From Octopus bimaculoides (taxonomy: Eukaryota), in assembly GCF_001194135.2 (NCBI RefSeq), contig NC_068985.1:34552051-34587867 (forward strand): 35,817 nt of DNA, read 5' to 3'. The notes below the pieces were generated by a model, which was not told the origin of the DNA, made no database searches, and saw only the letters and a list, made by a program, of their open reading frames with translations. The first letter of the stretch is position 1, and each line of letters starts with the position of its first letter. This document shows positions 35,546 through 35,817 of this stretch, piece by piece. The position numbers and the translations under genes were made by a program.

Positions 35546-35747
35546 AAGCATGCTCACATTATATGTACAAGTGAGTGGACACATGAAAAAAAGAGGCACT
35601 CAATGCATTTGACTAGAAGTACATCTATTAGCCTGATTTGGTTCCATGCAACTTTAATTTTTGTAGGCTTGTAACATGAGCATACCTTCTCAGACTTAGG
35701 TGATCATATACATATATATATACATATATATATATATATGACGCTCA

Positions 35748-35773
35748 TAGTATGACGCTCGAGCGTCATACTA
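35748..35773. repeat. Perfect 26-bp palindrome tagtatgacgctcgagcgtcatacta
   Basis: Directly visible; preceded by a direct repeat tatgacgctc (35737-35746). Confidence 0.93.
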
Positions 35774-35817
35774 ATATATACTTTTGTTATTTACACCACC
35801 TGTCCTCGTCTGTTGTT

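Overview
AT-rich eukaryotic genomic DNA with abundant (TA)n/(CA)n microsatellites and N gaps. The SINE, RTE-LINE and Penelope-like repeats resemble those I recognise from Octopus genomes (inference; not database-checked). Most of the window is decayed mobile DNA: RTE LINE copies (with an internal PHD-type C4HC3 finger), R4/Dong-like and CR1/Jockey-like RT fragments, hAT, Helitron helicase, Tc1, mariner, Penelope-like remnants, SINEs and a possible Gypsy LTR. The ORF track misses two apparent host-gene segments on the + strand. (A) 229-2899 is an array of tandemly duplicated 42-nt phase-1 microexons, each encoding one Tyr-x-Asn motif (YANV, YINV, YVNF, YVNV), followed by a candidate terminal exon; this looks like a receptor cytoplasmic tail. 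(B) A signal-peptide exon (24739-24796) splices in frame to a phase-1 Ig-like domain exon (34740-35021). Together they suggest two tandem Ig-superfamily receptor genes with modular phosphotyrosine tails; the link between A and B is inference. A complete type I hammerhead ribozyme motif lies antisense in the intron after the first visible microexon (673-763). Repeat boundaries are approximate, read by eye.
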